35,473 bases of DNA from an uncultured Sphingobacterium sp. (GTDB lineage Bacteria; Bacteroidota; Bacteroidia; Sphingobacteriales; Sphingobacteriaceae): assembly GCA_964580845.1 (NCBI GenBank), contig CAZOLA010000011.1, positions 24,660 through 60,132 on the forward strand. Reading direction: 5' to 3'. The position numbers were made by a program, and so were the translations under genes. This document shows positions 8,418-17,460 of the stretch, in pieces; the first letter of the stretch is position 1, and every line of letters starts with the position of its first letter. The notes under the pieces are model-generated. The model had not been told where the DNA came from and searched no databases. It was given only the letters and a program-made list of their open reading frames with translations.

Positions 8418-10819
8418 AAAGAACAATAAAAAAAGTAGCCGTATTGGGCTCAGGAATCATGGGTTCTCGTATTGCCTGCCACTTCGCCAATATTGGCTTG
8501 GAGGTATTATTACTAGATATTGCGCCGAGAGAACTCAACGCCGAAGAGCAGGCTAAAGGCCTGAGTCTGGAACATGCGACGGTGCGTAACCGTGTGGTGA
8601 ACACCGCATTACAAACAGCGGTAAAATCTAATCCCTCACCGATTTTTACCAAACAATCTCTTGCTCGGATCAGCACAGGGAATTTCGAAGACAATATGAC
8701 GGACATCGCCGACTGCGATTGGACCATTGAAGTGGTGGTAGAGAACCTGGAGATTAAAAAGAAGGTATACGATCAGGTGGAACAATTCCGTAAACCAGGC
8801 ACGCTCATCACATCCAATACTTCAGGCATTCCGATTCATTTAATGGCTGAAGGTCGTTCTGAAGATTTTAAAAAGCACTTCTGTGGCACCCACTTTTTTA
8901 ATCCGCCACGCTATTTACGACTATTAGAAATTATCCCCACCCCAGATACCGACCAAGAGGTAGTGGATTTTCTGATGCATTATGGCGATCAACTACTGGG
9001 TAAAACTACCGTATTGTGTAAAGACACACCGGCATTTATTGCCAATCGGGTAGGCGTTTACTCCATCATGGCTTTATTGCACCTGGTAGAGAAAATGGAC
9101 CTGAAGGTAGAAGAAGTGGATAAATATACCGGACCAGTTTTGGGCAGGCCGAAATCAGCCACTTTCCGAACTACCGATGTGGTTGGTTTAGATACCATGA
9201 TCAATGTGGCGGGTGGTTTATTTAACAATTTGCCAAATGATAAGGCTCATGATCTGTTCCAGCTGCCTGGCTATGTTCAAAAAATGAAAGAAAATAACTG
9301 GTTGGGCGATAAGACCAAACAGGGATTCTATAAAAAAGTAAAAAGCGAAAATGGGAAGAGTGAAATTTTAGCCCTCGACCTGAAAACGATGGAATATCGT
9401 CCGCAGGAAAAAATCAAATCGGCTACGCTAGAAATGCTCAAACCGATTGAAAACTTGCGTGACCGGATGAAAGCCTATGCCAAAGGGACCGATCGTGCCG
9501 GAGAATTTTTCCGCACTTCTTTCTTTGGTCTTTTTGAATATGTTTCAGACCGGATCCCAGAAATAGCGGATGAATTGTATCGTATAGATGATGCCATGCG
9601 TGCCGGCTTTGGCTGGGAGTTGGGCCCATTTGAAGTATGGGATGCCATTGGCGTTCAAGAAGCCTTGGAGGGTATGAAGTCCCTGGGCAATCAGGCGGCA
9701 CCATGGGTAGAGGAGATGCTTGCCGCTGGTCACACTTCTTTTTACAAGATTGAAAATGGGATTAGAAAGTATTACGATATCCCTACAAAAACCTATAAAA
9801 GTGTTCCAGGAACCGATGCATTCATCATTCTGGACAATATTCGCCCTACCTCTACCATTTGGAAAAACAGCGGTACCACTATTACTGATATAGGCGATGG
9901 GATCATCAATCTCGAATTCCACACCAAGATGAATACCATTGGTGGAGATGTGATTCAGGGAATTAATAAAGCCATCGATCTTGCAGAGAAAGACTACCGA
10001 GGTCTGGTCATCGGAAACGATGGAGCAAACTTCTCTGCAGGGGCAAATATCGGAATGGTTTTTATGGCCGCTATCGAACAAGAATGGGAGGAAATTAACC
10101 TTGCCATCCGTACTTTCCAGAATACCTCCATGCGTTTACGCTACTCCTCTATTCCGGTGATTTTGGCACCACACAACCTGACCCTGGGCGGGGGCTGTGA
10201 ATTTGCTTTGCATGCCGATCATGTGCAAATCAATGCCGAAACCTACATGGGTTTGGTAGAGTTTGGCGTAGGATTGATTCCAGGTGGTGGCGGTACTAAG
10301 GAGTTCGCACTTCGGGTATCTGATGAGTTGAAAGATGGTCAAATTAATCAGAATGTATTAAAAGATCGTTTCTTGACCATCGCCATGGCCAAAGTATCTA
10401 CTTCGGGCGCCGAAGCTGCCGACCTGGGCTATTTACAAGCCGGTAAATTCGATATCACGATGAATCGCAGTCGTTTATTGGCCGATGCAAAAGCCAAGGC
10501 GATAGAGCTGGCTGATGCAGGTTATGTACAGCCTGTTCGCCGTAAGGATATCAAGGTTTTAGGAAAATCGGGTTTGGGGATTGTTTACGCTGGAGCAAAT
10601 TCCATGTACGCCGGAAATTATATCTCTGAGCACGATAAAAAGATTTCAGAGAAATTAGGTTACGTGATGTGTGGTGGCGATTTATCGGCACCATCCATAG
10701 TTTCTGAGCAATACCTGCTCGACCTGGAACGCGAAGCATTTTTATCGCTTTGCGGTGAGAAAAAAACCTTAGAACGTATACAAAGTATTTTAACCAAAGG
10801 TAAGCCTTTGAGAAACTAA
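8414..10819 (+). CDS. fadB: Multifunctional 3-hydroxyacyl-CoA dehydrogenase / enoyl-CoA hydratase (FadB/FadJ-like, with the dehydrogenase domain N-terminal)
   Basis: N-terminal NAD-binding GxGxxG motif (VAVLGSGIMGSRIA). It is 801 aa with a C-terminal crotonase-fold region. Confidence 0.85.
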   Translation: MKRTIKKVAVLGSGIMGSRIACHFANIGLEVLLLDIAPRELNAEEQAKGLSLEHATVRNRVVNTALQTAVKSNPSPIFTKQSLARISTGNFEDNMTDIADCDWTIEVVVENLEIKKKVYDQVEQFRKPGTLITSNTSGIPIHLMAEGRSEDFKKHFCGTHFFNPPRYLRLLEIIPTPDTDQEVVDFLMHYGDQLLGKTTVLCKDTPAFIANRVGVYSIMALLHLVEKMDLKVEEVDKYTGPVLGRPKSATFRTTDVVGLDTMINVAGGLFNNLPNDKAHDLFQLPGYVQKMKENNWLGDKTKQGFYKKVKSENGKSEILALDLKTMEYRPQEKIKSATLEMLKPIENLRDRMKAYAKGTDRAGEFFRTSFFGLFEYVSDRIPEIADELYRIDDAMRAGFGWELGPFEVWDAIGVQEALEGMKSLGNQAAPWVEEMLAAGHTSFYKIENGIRKYYDIPTKTYKSVPGTDAFIILDNIRPTSTIWKNSGTTITDIGDGIINLEFHTKMNTIGGDVIQGINKAIDLAEKDYRGLVIGNDGANFSAGANIGMVFMAAIEQEWEEINLAIRTFQNTSMRLRYSSIPVILAPHNLTLGGGCEFALHADHVQINAETYMGLVEFGVGLIPGGGGTKEFALRVSDELKDGQINQNVLKDRFLTIAMAKVSTSGAEAADLGYLQAGKFDITMNRSRLLADAKAKAIELADAGYVQPVRRKDIKVLGKSGLGIVYAGANSMYAGNYISEHDKKISEKLGYVMCGGDLSAPSIVSEQYLLDLEREAFLSLCGEKKTLERIQSILTKGKPLRN

Positions 10820-10830
10820 ATATTGAACAG

Positions 10831-12009
10831 ATGCAAGAAGCATATATCATAGCAGGATACCGCACAGCGGTGGGCAAAGCCCCTAAAGGTGTTTTTCGCT
10901 TTATGCGTGCCGATGATTTGGCCGCTGAGGTTGTGAGAGGATTGGTGGCCTCCGTTCCTAATTTGGATAAGGAACAAATTGACGATGTTATTGTAGGTAA
11001 TGCCACGCCAGAAGCGGAGCAGGGCCTAAACATTGCCCGGATGATCTCTTTGATGGGACTGGATACTGATAAAGTTCCGGGTATGACGGTTAACCGTTAT
11101 TGTGCATCGGGCTTAGAAACGATTGCTACGGCCGTGGCTAAAATTCGCTCCGGCATGGCAAATTGCATCATTGCCGGTGGGGTAGAAGTGATGTCGGGCA
11201 TGCCTTTTGGCGGATGGAAACTGGTACCTAATCCGGAAGTAGCTAAGGCCAACCCAGATTGGTATTGGGGTATGGGCTTAACTGCAGAGGCCGTAGCCAA
11301 AGAGTTTGAAGTGAGCCGTGACTCACAAGATGAGTTTGCCTATCAATCGCATCAAAAAGCAATCAAAGCTATTCAAAATGGTCATTTGAAAGATGGCGTA
11401 TTGCCCATCATCGTAAAGGAAAATTACCTGGATGAAAACCTAAAGAAGAAAACCCGCGAATATGTGGTAGATACCGATGAAGGTCCGCGTGCAGATACCA
11501 GCATCGAAAAATTAGCTAAACTGAAGCCGGTTTTTGCAGCTAATGGATGTATTACTGCCGGGAACTCCTCCCAAACTTCAGATGGTGCGGCATTCGTACT
11601 GATTGTATCTGAAAGTATGCTGAAGCAGTTGAATGTGCAACCTATTGCCCGCCTGGTGAGTTATGGAGTTGCTGGAGTTCCGCCGCGGATTATGGGTATT
11701 GGTCCGGTGGAAGCCATTCCTTTGGCTTTAAAAATGGCCGGAATGAAGCAAGATCAACTGGATTTAATTGAATTAAATGAAGCATTTGCATCTCAATCGC
11801 TTGCAATTATCAATAAACTGGGATTAAATAAAGATGTGGTGAATGTGAATGGAGGAGCAATTGCATTGGGTCACCCGCTGGGTTGTACCGGTGCCAAGCT
11901 CACCGTTCAGATATTGAATGAATTAAAACGACAAAATAAAAAATACGGCATGGTAACCATGTGTGTGGGAACTGGCCAGGGAGCTGCAGGAATTTTTGAA
12001 CTCCTATAA
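10831..12009 (+). CDS. fadA: Acetyl-CoA C-acyltransferase (thiolase)
   Basis: Thiolase active-site Cys context (VNRYCASGLETIA) and the C-terminal GHPLGCTGAK / CVGTGQGAA motifs. Confidence 0.9.
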   Translation: MQEAYIIAGYRTAVGKAPKGVFRFMRADDLAAEVVRGLVASVPNLDKEQIDDVIVGNATPEAEQGLNIARMISLMGLDTDKVPGMTVNRYCASGLETIATAVAKIRSGMANCIIAGGVEVMSGMPFGGWKLVPNPEVAKANPDWYWGMGLTAEAVAKEFEVSRDSQDEFAYQSHQKAIKAIQNGHLKDGVLPIIVKENYLDENLKKKTREYVVDTDEGPRADTSIEKLAKLKPVFAANGCITAGNSSQTSDGAAFVLIVSESMLKQLNVQPIARLVSYGVAGVPPRIMGIGPVEAIPLALKMAGMKQDQLDLIELNEAFASQSLAIINKLGLNKDVVNVNGGAIALGHPLGCTGAKLTVQILNELKRQNKKYGMVTMCVGTGQGAAGIFELL

Positions 12010-12057
12010 TTAAAAATTATCAAGTTTAATAAGACTTAATTATCAGATTTTAAGGCA

Positions 12058-13845
12058 ATGGAAGCAACAAAAAATGCCATCAAAGGTGGCGAATTCATCA
12101 TCAAAGAAACGGAAGCAGCCGATGTGTTCATCCCGGAGGAGTTTGATGAGGAACAATTAATGATCAAAAAAACTTGTGAAGACTTCTTAGAAGCAGAAGT
12201 TTATCCGAATCTGGATCGTATCGATAAGCTAGAAGAAGGCTTGATGCCCGGTTTGTTGGATAAGGCCGGGGAACTGGGCTTATTAGCGGTATCCATCCCT
12301 GAAGTGTATGGCGGTTTTGGCAAAAATTTCAATACTTCCATGCTGGTGGCCGATATTTTGGGTGCCGGTCACTCTTTCGCGGTAGCCATTTCGGCACATA
12401 CTGGTATCGGTACTTTGCCCATTTTATATTACGGGAATGAAGCTCAAAAGGCAAAATACATTCCGAAACTGGCGAGTGGTGAGTGGAAAGCATCTTATTG
12501 CTTAACCGAACCAAATTCGGGATCAGATGCCAATTCAGGTCGAACCAAAGCTACCCTGAACAAGGAAGGTACTCATTACATCATTAATGGTCAGAAAATG
12601 TGGATCACCAACGGTGGTTTTGCCGATATTTTCATTGTTTTCGCCAAGATTGATGATGATGAAAACCTCACTGCTTTTATCGTAGAGAAAGATTTTGGTG
12701 GAATCACGATGAATCCGGAAGAGCATAAGATGGGTATCAAAGGTTCCTCTACCCGCCAGGTGTTTTTCAACGATTGCCCGGTGCCGGTAGAAAACATGCT
12801 CTCCGATCGTGAGAATGGTTTTAAAATCGCGGTGAACATCCTCAATATCGGACGAATCAAATTAGGAGCAGCGGCCATTGGCTCTTCCCGTAAGGTGATT
12901 GATCATGCTATCAATTATGCAAATGAGAGAGTTCAATTCAAATTGCCAATTTCTAAATTCGGAGCAATACGTTATAAATTGGCAGAAATGGCTGTGCGCA
13001 ATTTCGCTATAGAAAGTGCAGGATACCGTGCTGGTCAGAACATTGACGATGCCTACGATGCACTGGTAGCAGGCGGAATGGAAGCAGGGAAAGCCAAGCT
13101 GAAATCAACTGAGCAGTTTGCGGTTGAATGTGCCATTTTGAAAGTTTGGGGCTCAGAAATGTTAGATTATGTGGTAGATGAGGGCGTGCAGATTTATGGT
13201 GGAATGGGTTATTCAGCCGAAGCGCCAATGGATCGTGCTTATCGCGATAGCCGCATCAACCGTATTTTTGAAGGAACGAATGAGATTAACCGTTTGCTAA
13301 TCGTTGATATGCTTTTAAAGCGTGCCATGAAAGGTGAATTAGACCTGATGGGTCCTGCTCAGGCGGTTGCTGGTGAGTTGATGTCGATTCCTGAATTTGG
13401 TGAAGAAGACGAAAGCTTATTTGCTGCCGAAAAGAAAATTCTGAAAAACCTTAAAAAAGCTGGTTTGATGATTGCTGGTTCTGCTGTTCAAAAGCTAATG
13501 ATGAGTCTGGCCAAAGAACAGGAGATCCTGATGAATATTGCTGATATCATTGGTTATGTGTACGTGGCAGAATCTACTTTGTTAAGGGTAGAAAAACTGA
13601 TAAAAATGCGGGGTGAAGCCGCAGTTCAGGGTCAATTGGACATGATGCGCATTTACCTTCATGAGGCAGTAGATCAGGTTTACCTTGCCGGTAAGGAGGC
13701 CCTTTACTCTTTTGCTGAAGGAGATGAATTGAGTATGATGTTGGTAGGACTTCGCCGTTTTACCAAGGTGCAGCCTTTCAATATAAAAGACGCCCGTCAG
13801 CGGGTTGCCAAACAGCTGATCGAGGCTAACAAATATTGTTATTGA
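12058..13845 (+). CDS. Large acyl-CoA dehydrogenase
   Basis: Acyl-CoA dehydrogenase family layout over 595 aa (YCLTEPNSGSDA, QIYGGMGY, RIFEGTNEI). Confidence 0.9.
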   Translation: MEATKNAIKGGEFIIKETEAADVFIPEEFDEEQLMIKKTCEDFLEAEVYPNLDRIDKLEEGLMPGLLDKAGELGLLAVSIPEVYGGFGKNFNTSMLVADILGAGHSFAVAISAHTGIGTLPILYYGNEAQKAKYIPKLASGEWKASYCLTEPNSGSDANSGRTKATLNKEGTHYIINGQKMWITNGGFADIFIVFAKIDDDENLTAFIVEKDFGGITMNPEEHKMGIKGSSTRQVFFNDCPVPVENMLSDRENGFKIAVNILNIGRIKLGAAAIGSSRKVIDHAINYANERVQFKLPISKFGAIRYKLAEMAVRNFAIESAGYRAGQNIDDAYDALVAGGMEAGKAKLKSTEQFAVECAILKVWGSEMLDYVVDEGVQIYGGMGYSAEAPMDRAYRDSRINRIFEGTNEINRLLIVDMLLKRAMKGELDLMGPAQAVAGELMSIPEFGEEDESLFAAEKKILKNLKKAGLMIAGSAVQKLMMSLAKEQEILMNIADIIGYVYVAESTLLRVEKLIKMRGEAAVQGQLDMMRIYLHEAVDQVYLAGKEALYSFAEGDELSMMLVGLRRFTKVQPFNIKDARQRVAKQLIEANKYCY

Positions 13846-13865
13846 GATTGTAATCAGAATCACTT

Positions 13866-13898
13866 AAAGCCGTTCCGAATTTCCGGAACGGCTTTTTT
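13866..13898 (+). terminator. Rho-independent terminator of the MarR-fad operon
   Basis: Stem GCCGTTCCG (13869-13877), a 6-nt loop, then CGGAACGGC (13884-13892), followed by TTTTTTG. Confidence 0.75.
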
Positions 13899-13966
13899 GT
13901 TAAATGATGTTAAAGAATCGTTTTTTACGTTTAATTGGATAAATTTGTAATCCACATTTGAGGAAG

Positions 13967-14821
13967 ATGAAGTCAGTTTTTACTTTTCTGTTTTTTACGA
14001 TTGCCCTTTTTAGTGCTTGTACCAAAGAATATCCGGGTATTGAGGAATTGGATGCACAGTTAGTGACTGAGTACATTCAGAAAAACAACCTCAATGTGCA
14101 GGAATATAAACAAACGGGCATTTATTATCAGGTGATTAAGCAGGGCACCGGACCTGCATTGGATTATACCAAACAAATTCCACTAATTTATACAGTCAAG
14201 AACTTAGCAGGCACTTACAGCGCTACAGATACATTTGTTAACCGATATGCCAATTGGTTCGGATATTTCAGTCCTGATTCATTAAGAGAAGTGATGATGG
14301 GTAGTGCAGTAAAGCAAGGGGGAACGGTACGAGTAATCCTGCCCTCTCGCTTTGCCTTTGGTAAATTCGGCAGTGGAGGCATTCCTGGTAACAGTTCTTT
14401 AGATTATACCGTCAGTGTGATTACAGCTTCCAAATTACCGGAATATGAAGATTTTATTATCAATAAATACCTCGAAACTAATGGCTTAACAGGATTTACC
14501 AAGACTGCATCGGGTTTGTATTATAAGATAGCAGAGCCTGGAGCAGGTTCCACTATTACCAACGCAAGTGTCCTAACTTTAGAATATACTGGTAAACTCT
14601 TCAACGGTACGATTTTCGATAGGACCAATACTGGGGCCACCGCTATTTTCACTTTGGGCACTTTGATTGAGGGTTGGAAGGAAGGCTTGCCATTGATTAA
14701 AAAGGGTGGCAGTATTCGACTCATCATTCCTTCTCAGCTTGCATACGGCATGCAGGGAAGTGGAACCATCCCGCCCTTTTCTTGTTTAGATTTCGATATC
14801 AAGGTAAAAGAAGTCCAATAA
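13967..14821 (+). CDS. FKBP-type peptidyl-prolyl cis-trans isomerase lipoprotein with two FKBP domains
   Basis: The track start at 13958 is TTG, so I moved it to the ATG at 13967. Lipoprotein signal peptide with a lipobox Cys (MKSVFTFLFFTIALFSAC). Two FKBP-like segments (GTVRVILPSRFAFG and LIEGWKEGLPLIKKGGSIRLIIPSQLAYG). Confidence 0.85.
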   Translation: MKSVFTFLFFTIALFSACTKEYPGIEELDAQLVTEYIQKNNLNVQEYKQTGIYYQVIKQGTGPALDYTKQIPLIYTVKNLAGTYSATDTFVNRYANWFGYFSPDSLREVMMGSAVKQGGTVRVILPSRFAFGKFGSGGIPGNSSLDYTVSVITASKLPEYEDFIINKYLETNGLTGFTKTASGLYYKIAEPGAGSTITNASVLTLEYTGKLFNGTIFDRTNTGATAIFTLGTLIEGWKEGLPLIKKGGSIRLIIPSQLAYGMQGSGTIPPFSCLDFDIKVKEVQ

Positions 14822-14830
14822 GCTCTTCTG

Positions 14831-16141
14831 TTACTTTTCTAAAGCCTTCTTAAATACGTCCAATACCCTGTTTCTTGCAAAACTGTGTTCTACAATTGGT
14901 TTTGGATAACGGAAGGGGTCGTTGAACTCCGGGATCCACTTTTTGATATAATTAAGTTGCGGATCGAATTTTTGCGTTTGAATAGCAGGATTAAAAACTC
15001 GGAAATAGGGAGCAGCATCGTTCCCGCAACTGGCGGCCCATTGCCAACCACCTACATTGCTCGACTGTTCATAATCCAATAATTTTTTAGCAAAGTAGGC
15101 TTCTCCCCATCTCCAGTCGATGAGCAAATGTTTGGTGAGGAAGCTGGCGGTTATCATTCGTACCCGGTTATGCATAAATCCGGTTGCGTTCAATTCACGC
15201 ATGCCTGCATCTACAATCGGGTAGCCGGTTTTGCCTTCGCACCACGCTGTAAATTCATCCAAATTATTTCTCCAGGCTATCCGGTCATATTCTGGTTTAA
15301 AAGCTTTGTGAGTGGTATGTGGGAAATGCCATAAAATCATAAAGTAAAACTCCCGCCAAATCAGCTCCATCAACCATGTTTTATCTTTTGTAGAGTAGCC
15401 GTATTTCACCAATTCTCTGATGCTCAAAGTACCAAAACGAAGGTGTATGCCAATTCGAGAAGTGCCCTTAATTGCAGGAAAATTTCGCTTTTCGCCATAA
15501 TTGGCAACGATATTTTGGTATTCTTTTACAGGTAGCGATATGGTAGTGGCTTCAAATCCCATACTTTCCAATGTCGGAAGTTGGCGGGTATGGTCTTGTT
15601 CAAAATGAGAAAGTAATCCTTCAGATGTGTAGTTAGGCAATTGCTGCTGCTCAAATTTTTGTAACCACTTACGGCTGTAAGGAGTAAAAACTGTATACGG
15701 CTTGCCGTCATCTTTTGTTACTTCATCTTTCTCAAAAATCACCTGATCTTTAAACAGTTGAAAGCCAATGTTTTGTCCTTTAAAGAACTCTGTCAATTTC
15801 CCATCACGTTCCCGGGCATATGGTTCATAATCTTGATTCGTAAAAACATTCTTTACTTCAAATTCATCTAGAATTTCTTCCCATGCTTTGGCAGGCTCAT
15901 GGTATTTTACCAATAGCGATGAGCCATTTTGTTGAATTTGTTGTTGGATAGCTTCCAGTTCCCGGTGTATGAAACTGACACGGGCATCTGTTTTGTCTTC
16001 GAGCCGATCGAGGATATTTTTATCAAAAATAAATAAGGGGACAACTGGCAACCCGGCATTTAAAGCCTGATAAAGCCCATGATTGTCGTTCAGCCTCAAA
16101 TCCCGACGGAACCAAAATATATTAACGATGGGTTTAGGCAT
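14831..16141 (-). CDS. Deoxyribodipyrimidine photolyase / cryptochrome-family protein
   Basis: N-terminus NIFWFRRDLRLNDNHGL. FAD-binding C-terminus WQWAASCGNDAAPYFRVFNPAIQTQKFDP. I moved the start from the track's 16243 to the ATG at 16141, 5 bp after the upstream gene's stop. Confidence 0.85.
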   Translation of the reverse strand: MPKPIVNIFWFRRDLRLNDNHGLYQALNAGLPVVPLFIFDKNILDRLEDKTDARVSFIHRELEAIQQQIQQNGSSLLVKYHEPAKAWEEILDEFEVKNVFTNQDYEPYARERDGKLTEFFKGQNIGFQLFKDQVIFEKDEVTKDDGKPYTVFTPYSRKWLQKFEQQQLPNYTSEGLLSHFEQDHTRQLPTLESMGFEATTISLPVKEYQNIVANYGEKRNFPAIKGTSRIGIHLRFGTLSIRELVKYGYSTKDKTWLMELIWREFYFMILWHFPHTTHKAFKPEYDRIAWRNNLDEFTAWCEGKTGYPIVDAGMRELNATGFMHNRVRMITASFLTKHLLIDWRWGEAYFAKKLLDYEQSSNVGGWQWAASCGNDAAPYFRVFNPAIQTQKFDPQLNYIKKWIPEFNDPFRYPKPIVEHSFARNRVLDVFKKALEK

Positions 16142-17051
16142 ACAGATCTTTAAGGGTGGGTTCCAGCTCGGGGAAATCGAAAGTGAATCCGGCATCCATG
16201 ATTTTTTGTGCACTTGTTTTGGTACTGCCCAGTACAGCTGCACTCATTTCGCCCATGGCTAATTTGAGGACAAAGCCCGGAACAGCAGGTAGCCATAAAG
16301 GTTTATTGAATTGTTTGGCAATGGCTTTCGTTAATTCCAGATTAGTAGCCGGTTGTGGGCCTACCATATTAAAAATTCCCTCTAATTTTTCATTTTCCAG
16401 CGCAAACTCATACATCTTCACCACATCTTTCCAATGGATCCAGGATACCCATTGCTTGCCGCTTCCTAAAGCAGCACCAAGTCCAAATTTAACCGGACGG
16501 GCAATTTCTGCCAGTGCCCCACCGGCGGTATCGAGCACAATCCCGGTCCTGAACTTGACTATTCTTAATCCCAATTCCTTGCCTTCATCAACCGCTTGCT
16601 CCCAAGCAATGCACGATGTAGCTAAAAATCCTTCTCCTGCTGGGCTGGATTCAGTCATCAGTTCTTCTCCTCGGTCGGCATAGTAACCAATGGCTGCCGC
16701 CGAAATAATATGTTTTACAGTAGAAGAAGGTTGTTTCCTAATCAAGTCATAAATGAGCCTGATGGAGTTTGTCCTACTATTGATGATGTCTTCTTTGCGT
16801 TTCTGGGTCCAGCGTTTATCAACAATTCCTTCACCAGCAAGGTGTATCACTGTTTCCACGCCTTCCATGCATTGCTCATCAATCTGCCCTTGTTCTACGT
16901 TCCAAACGAATGTTTTCAGCCGTTCATCGGTTGAAGGTTTGAATCGACGGCTCAATAAATGGATCCGGTAACCCTTATCGAGTAAAGCCCGGCACAAGTG
17001 TTTGCCGATGAGGCCGGTGCCTCCAGTAATCAAAACGGTTTTATTCGTCAT
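16134..17051 (-). CDS. TIGR01777 (YfcH-like) SDR epimerase-family protein
   Basis: N-terminal Rossmann motif (VLITGGTGLIGKHL) on an atypical-SDR scaffold with a DUF1731-like C-terminus. It is co-directional with the photolyase, which begins 5 bp after its stop. Confidence 0.75.
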   Translation of the reverse strand: MTNKTVLITGGTGLIGKHLCRALLDKGYRIHLLSRRFKPSTDERLKTFVWNVEQGQIDEQCMEGVETVIHLAGEGIVDKRWTQKRKEDIINSRTNSIRLIYDLIRKQPSSTVKHIISAAAIGYYADRGEELMTESSPAGEGFLATSCIAWEQAVDEGKELGLRIVKFRTGIVLDTAGGALAEIARPVKFGLGAALGSGKQWVSWIHWKDVVKMYEFALENEKLEGIFNMVGPQPATNLELTKAIAKQFNKPLWLPAVPGFVLKLAMGEMSAAVLGSTKTSAQKIMDAGFTFDFPELEPTLKDLYA

Positions 17052-17133
17052 GGTGCATTCAAAAATTGCTATTTTTAATCAATTATTCATTCATTCTGGA
17101 TAATTTAACACCCCAACGACAAAATCATCGCTC

Positions 17134-17454
17134 ATGCTTTATCAGAAACACATTTTTATTTGCACCAATCAACGACCGGAGGGTTCCAGGGTATGCTGTG
17201 GTGAAGAAAGAGGGCTGGCCTTGACGGCTGCTTTCAAAAAAGCCATCAAAGATAGGGGACTGAATGCGGAAATGAGAGCACAAAAGGCCGGCTGTTTTGA
17301 CATCTGCGAGCAAGGCCCTAATGTGATCATTTATCCTGAGGGTACGTGTTATGGTAAAGTTGAGCTCAGCGACGTGGAAGAAATTGTGAGGGAGCATTTG
17401 GAAAATAATCGGATTGTAGAACGATTAGTTATTAATCCAGATAATTTAAAATAA
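17134..17454 (+). CDS. Thioredoxin-like [2Fe-2S] ferredoxin
   Basis: Cys spacing C10-x11-C22-x31-C54-x3-C58 (FICTNQRP...VCCGEE...GCFDICEQGP) matches the thioredoxin-like 2Fe-2S ferredoxin pattern Cx(10-12)Cx(29-34)Cx3C. Confidence 0.7.
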   Translation: MLYQKHIFICTNQRPEGSRVCCGEERGLALTAAFKKAIKDRGLNAEMRAQKAGCFDICEQGPNVIIYPEGTCYGKVELSDVEEIVREHLENNRIVERLVINPDNLK

Positions 17455-17460
17455 TCAGTT

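Noticed and set aside
8404-8727. 107-aa minus-strand ORF overlapping the MarR/fadB junction
   Set aside because: Antisense to the strongly supported fadB-like gene, Ser/Leu/Ala-rich and low-complexity. Shadow ORF.
10551-11033. 160-aa minus-strand ORF spanning the fadB/fadA junction
   Set aside because: Antisense to two confidently called genes and Ser/Arg-rich. No independent support.
16142-16243. N-terminal extension of the photolyase ORF in the track (MQLYWAVPKQVHKKSW...)
   Set aside because: It would overlap the last 110 bp of the upstream epimerase-like gene. The internal ATG at 16141 gives the conserved photolyase N-terminus (PKPIVNIFWFRRDLRL) 5 bp after the upstream stop.
16156-16683. 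175-aa plus-strand ORF rich in S/P/A
   Set aside because: Entirely antisense to the TIGR01777 epimerase-like gene. Low-complexity translation typical of the reverse frame of a coding sequence.
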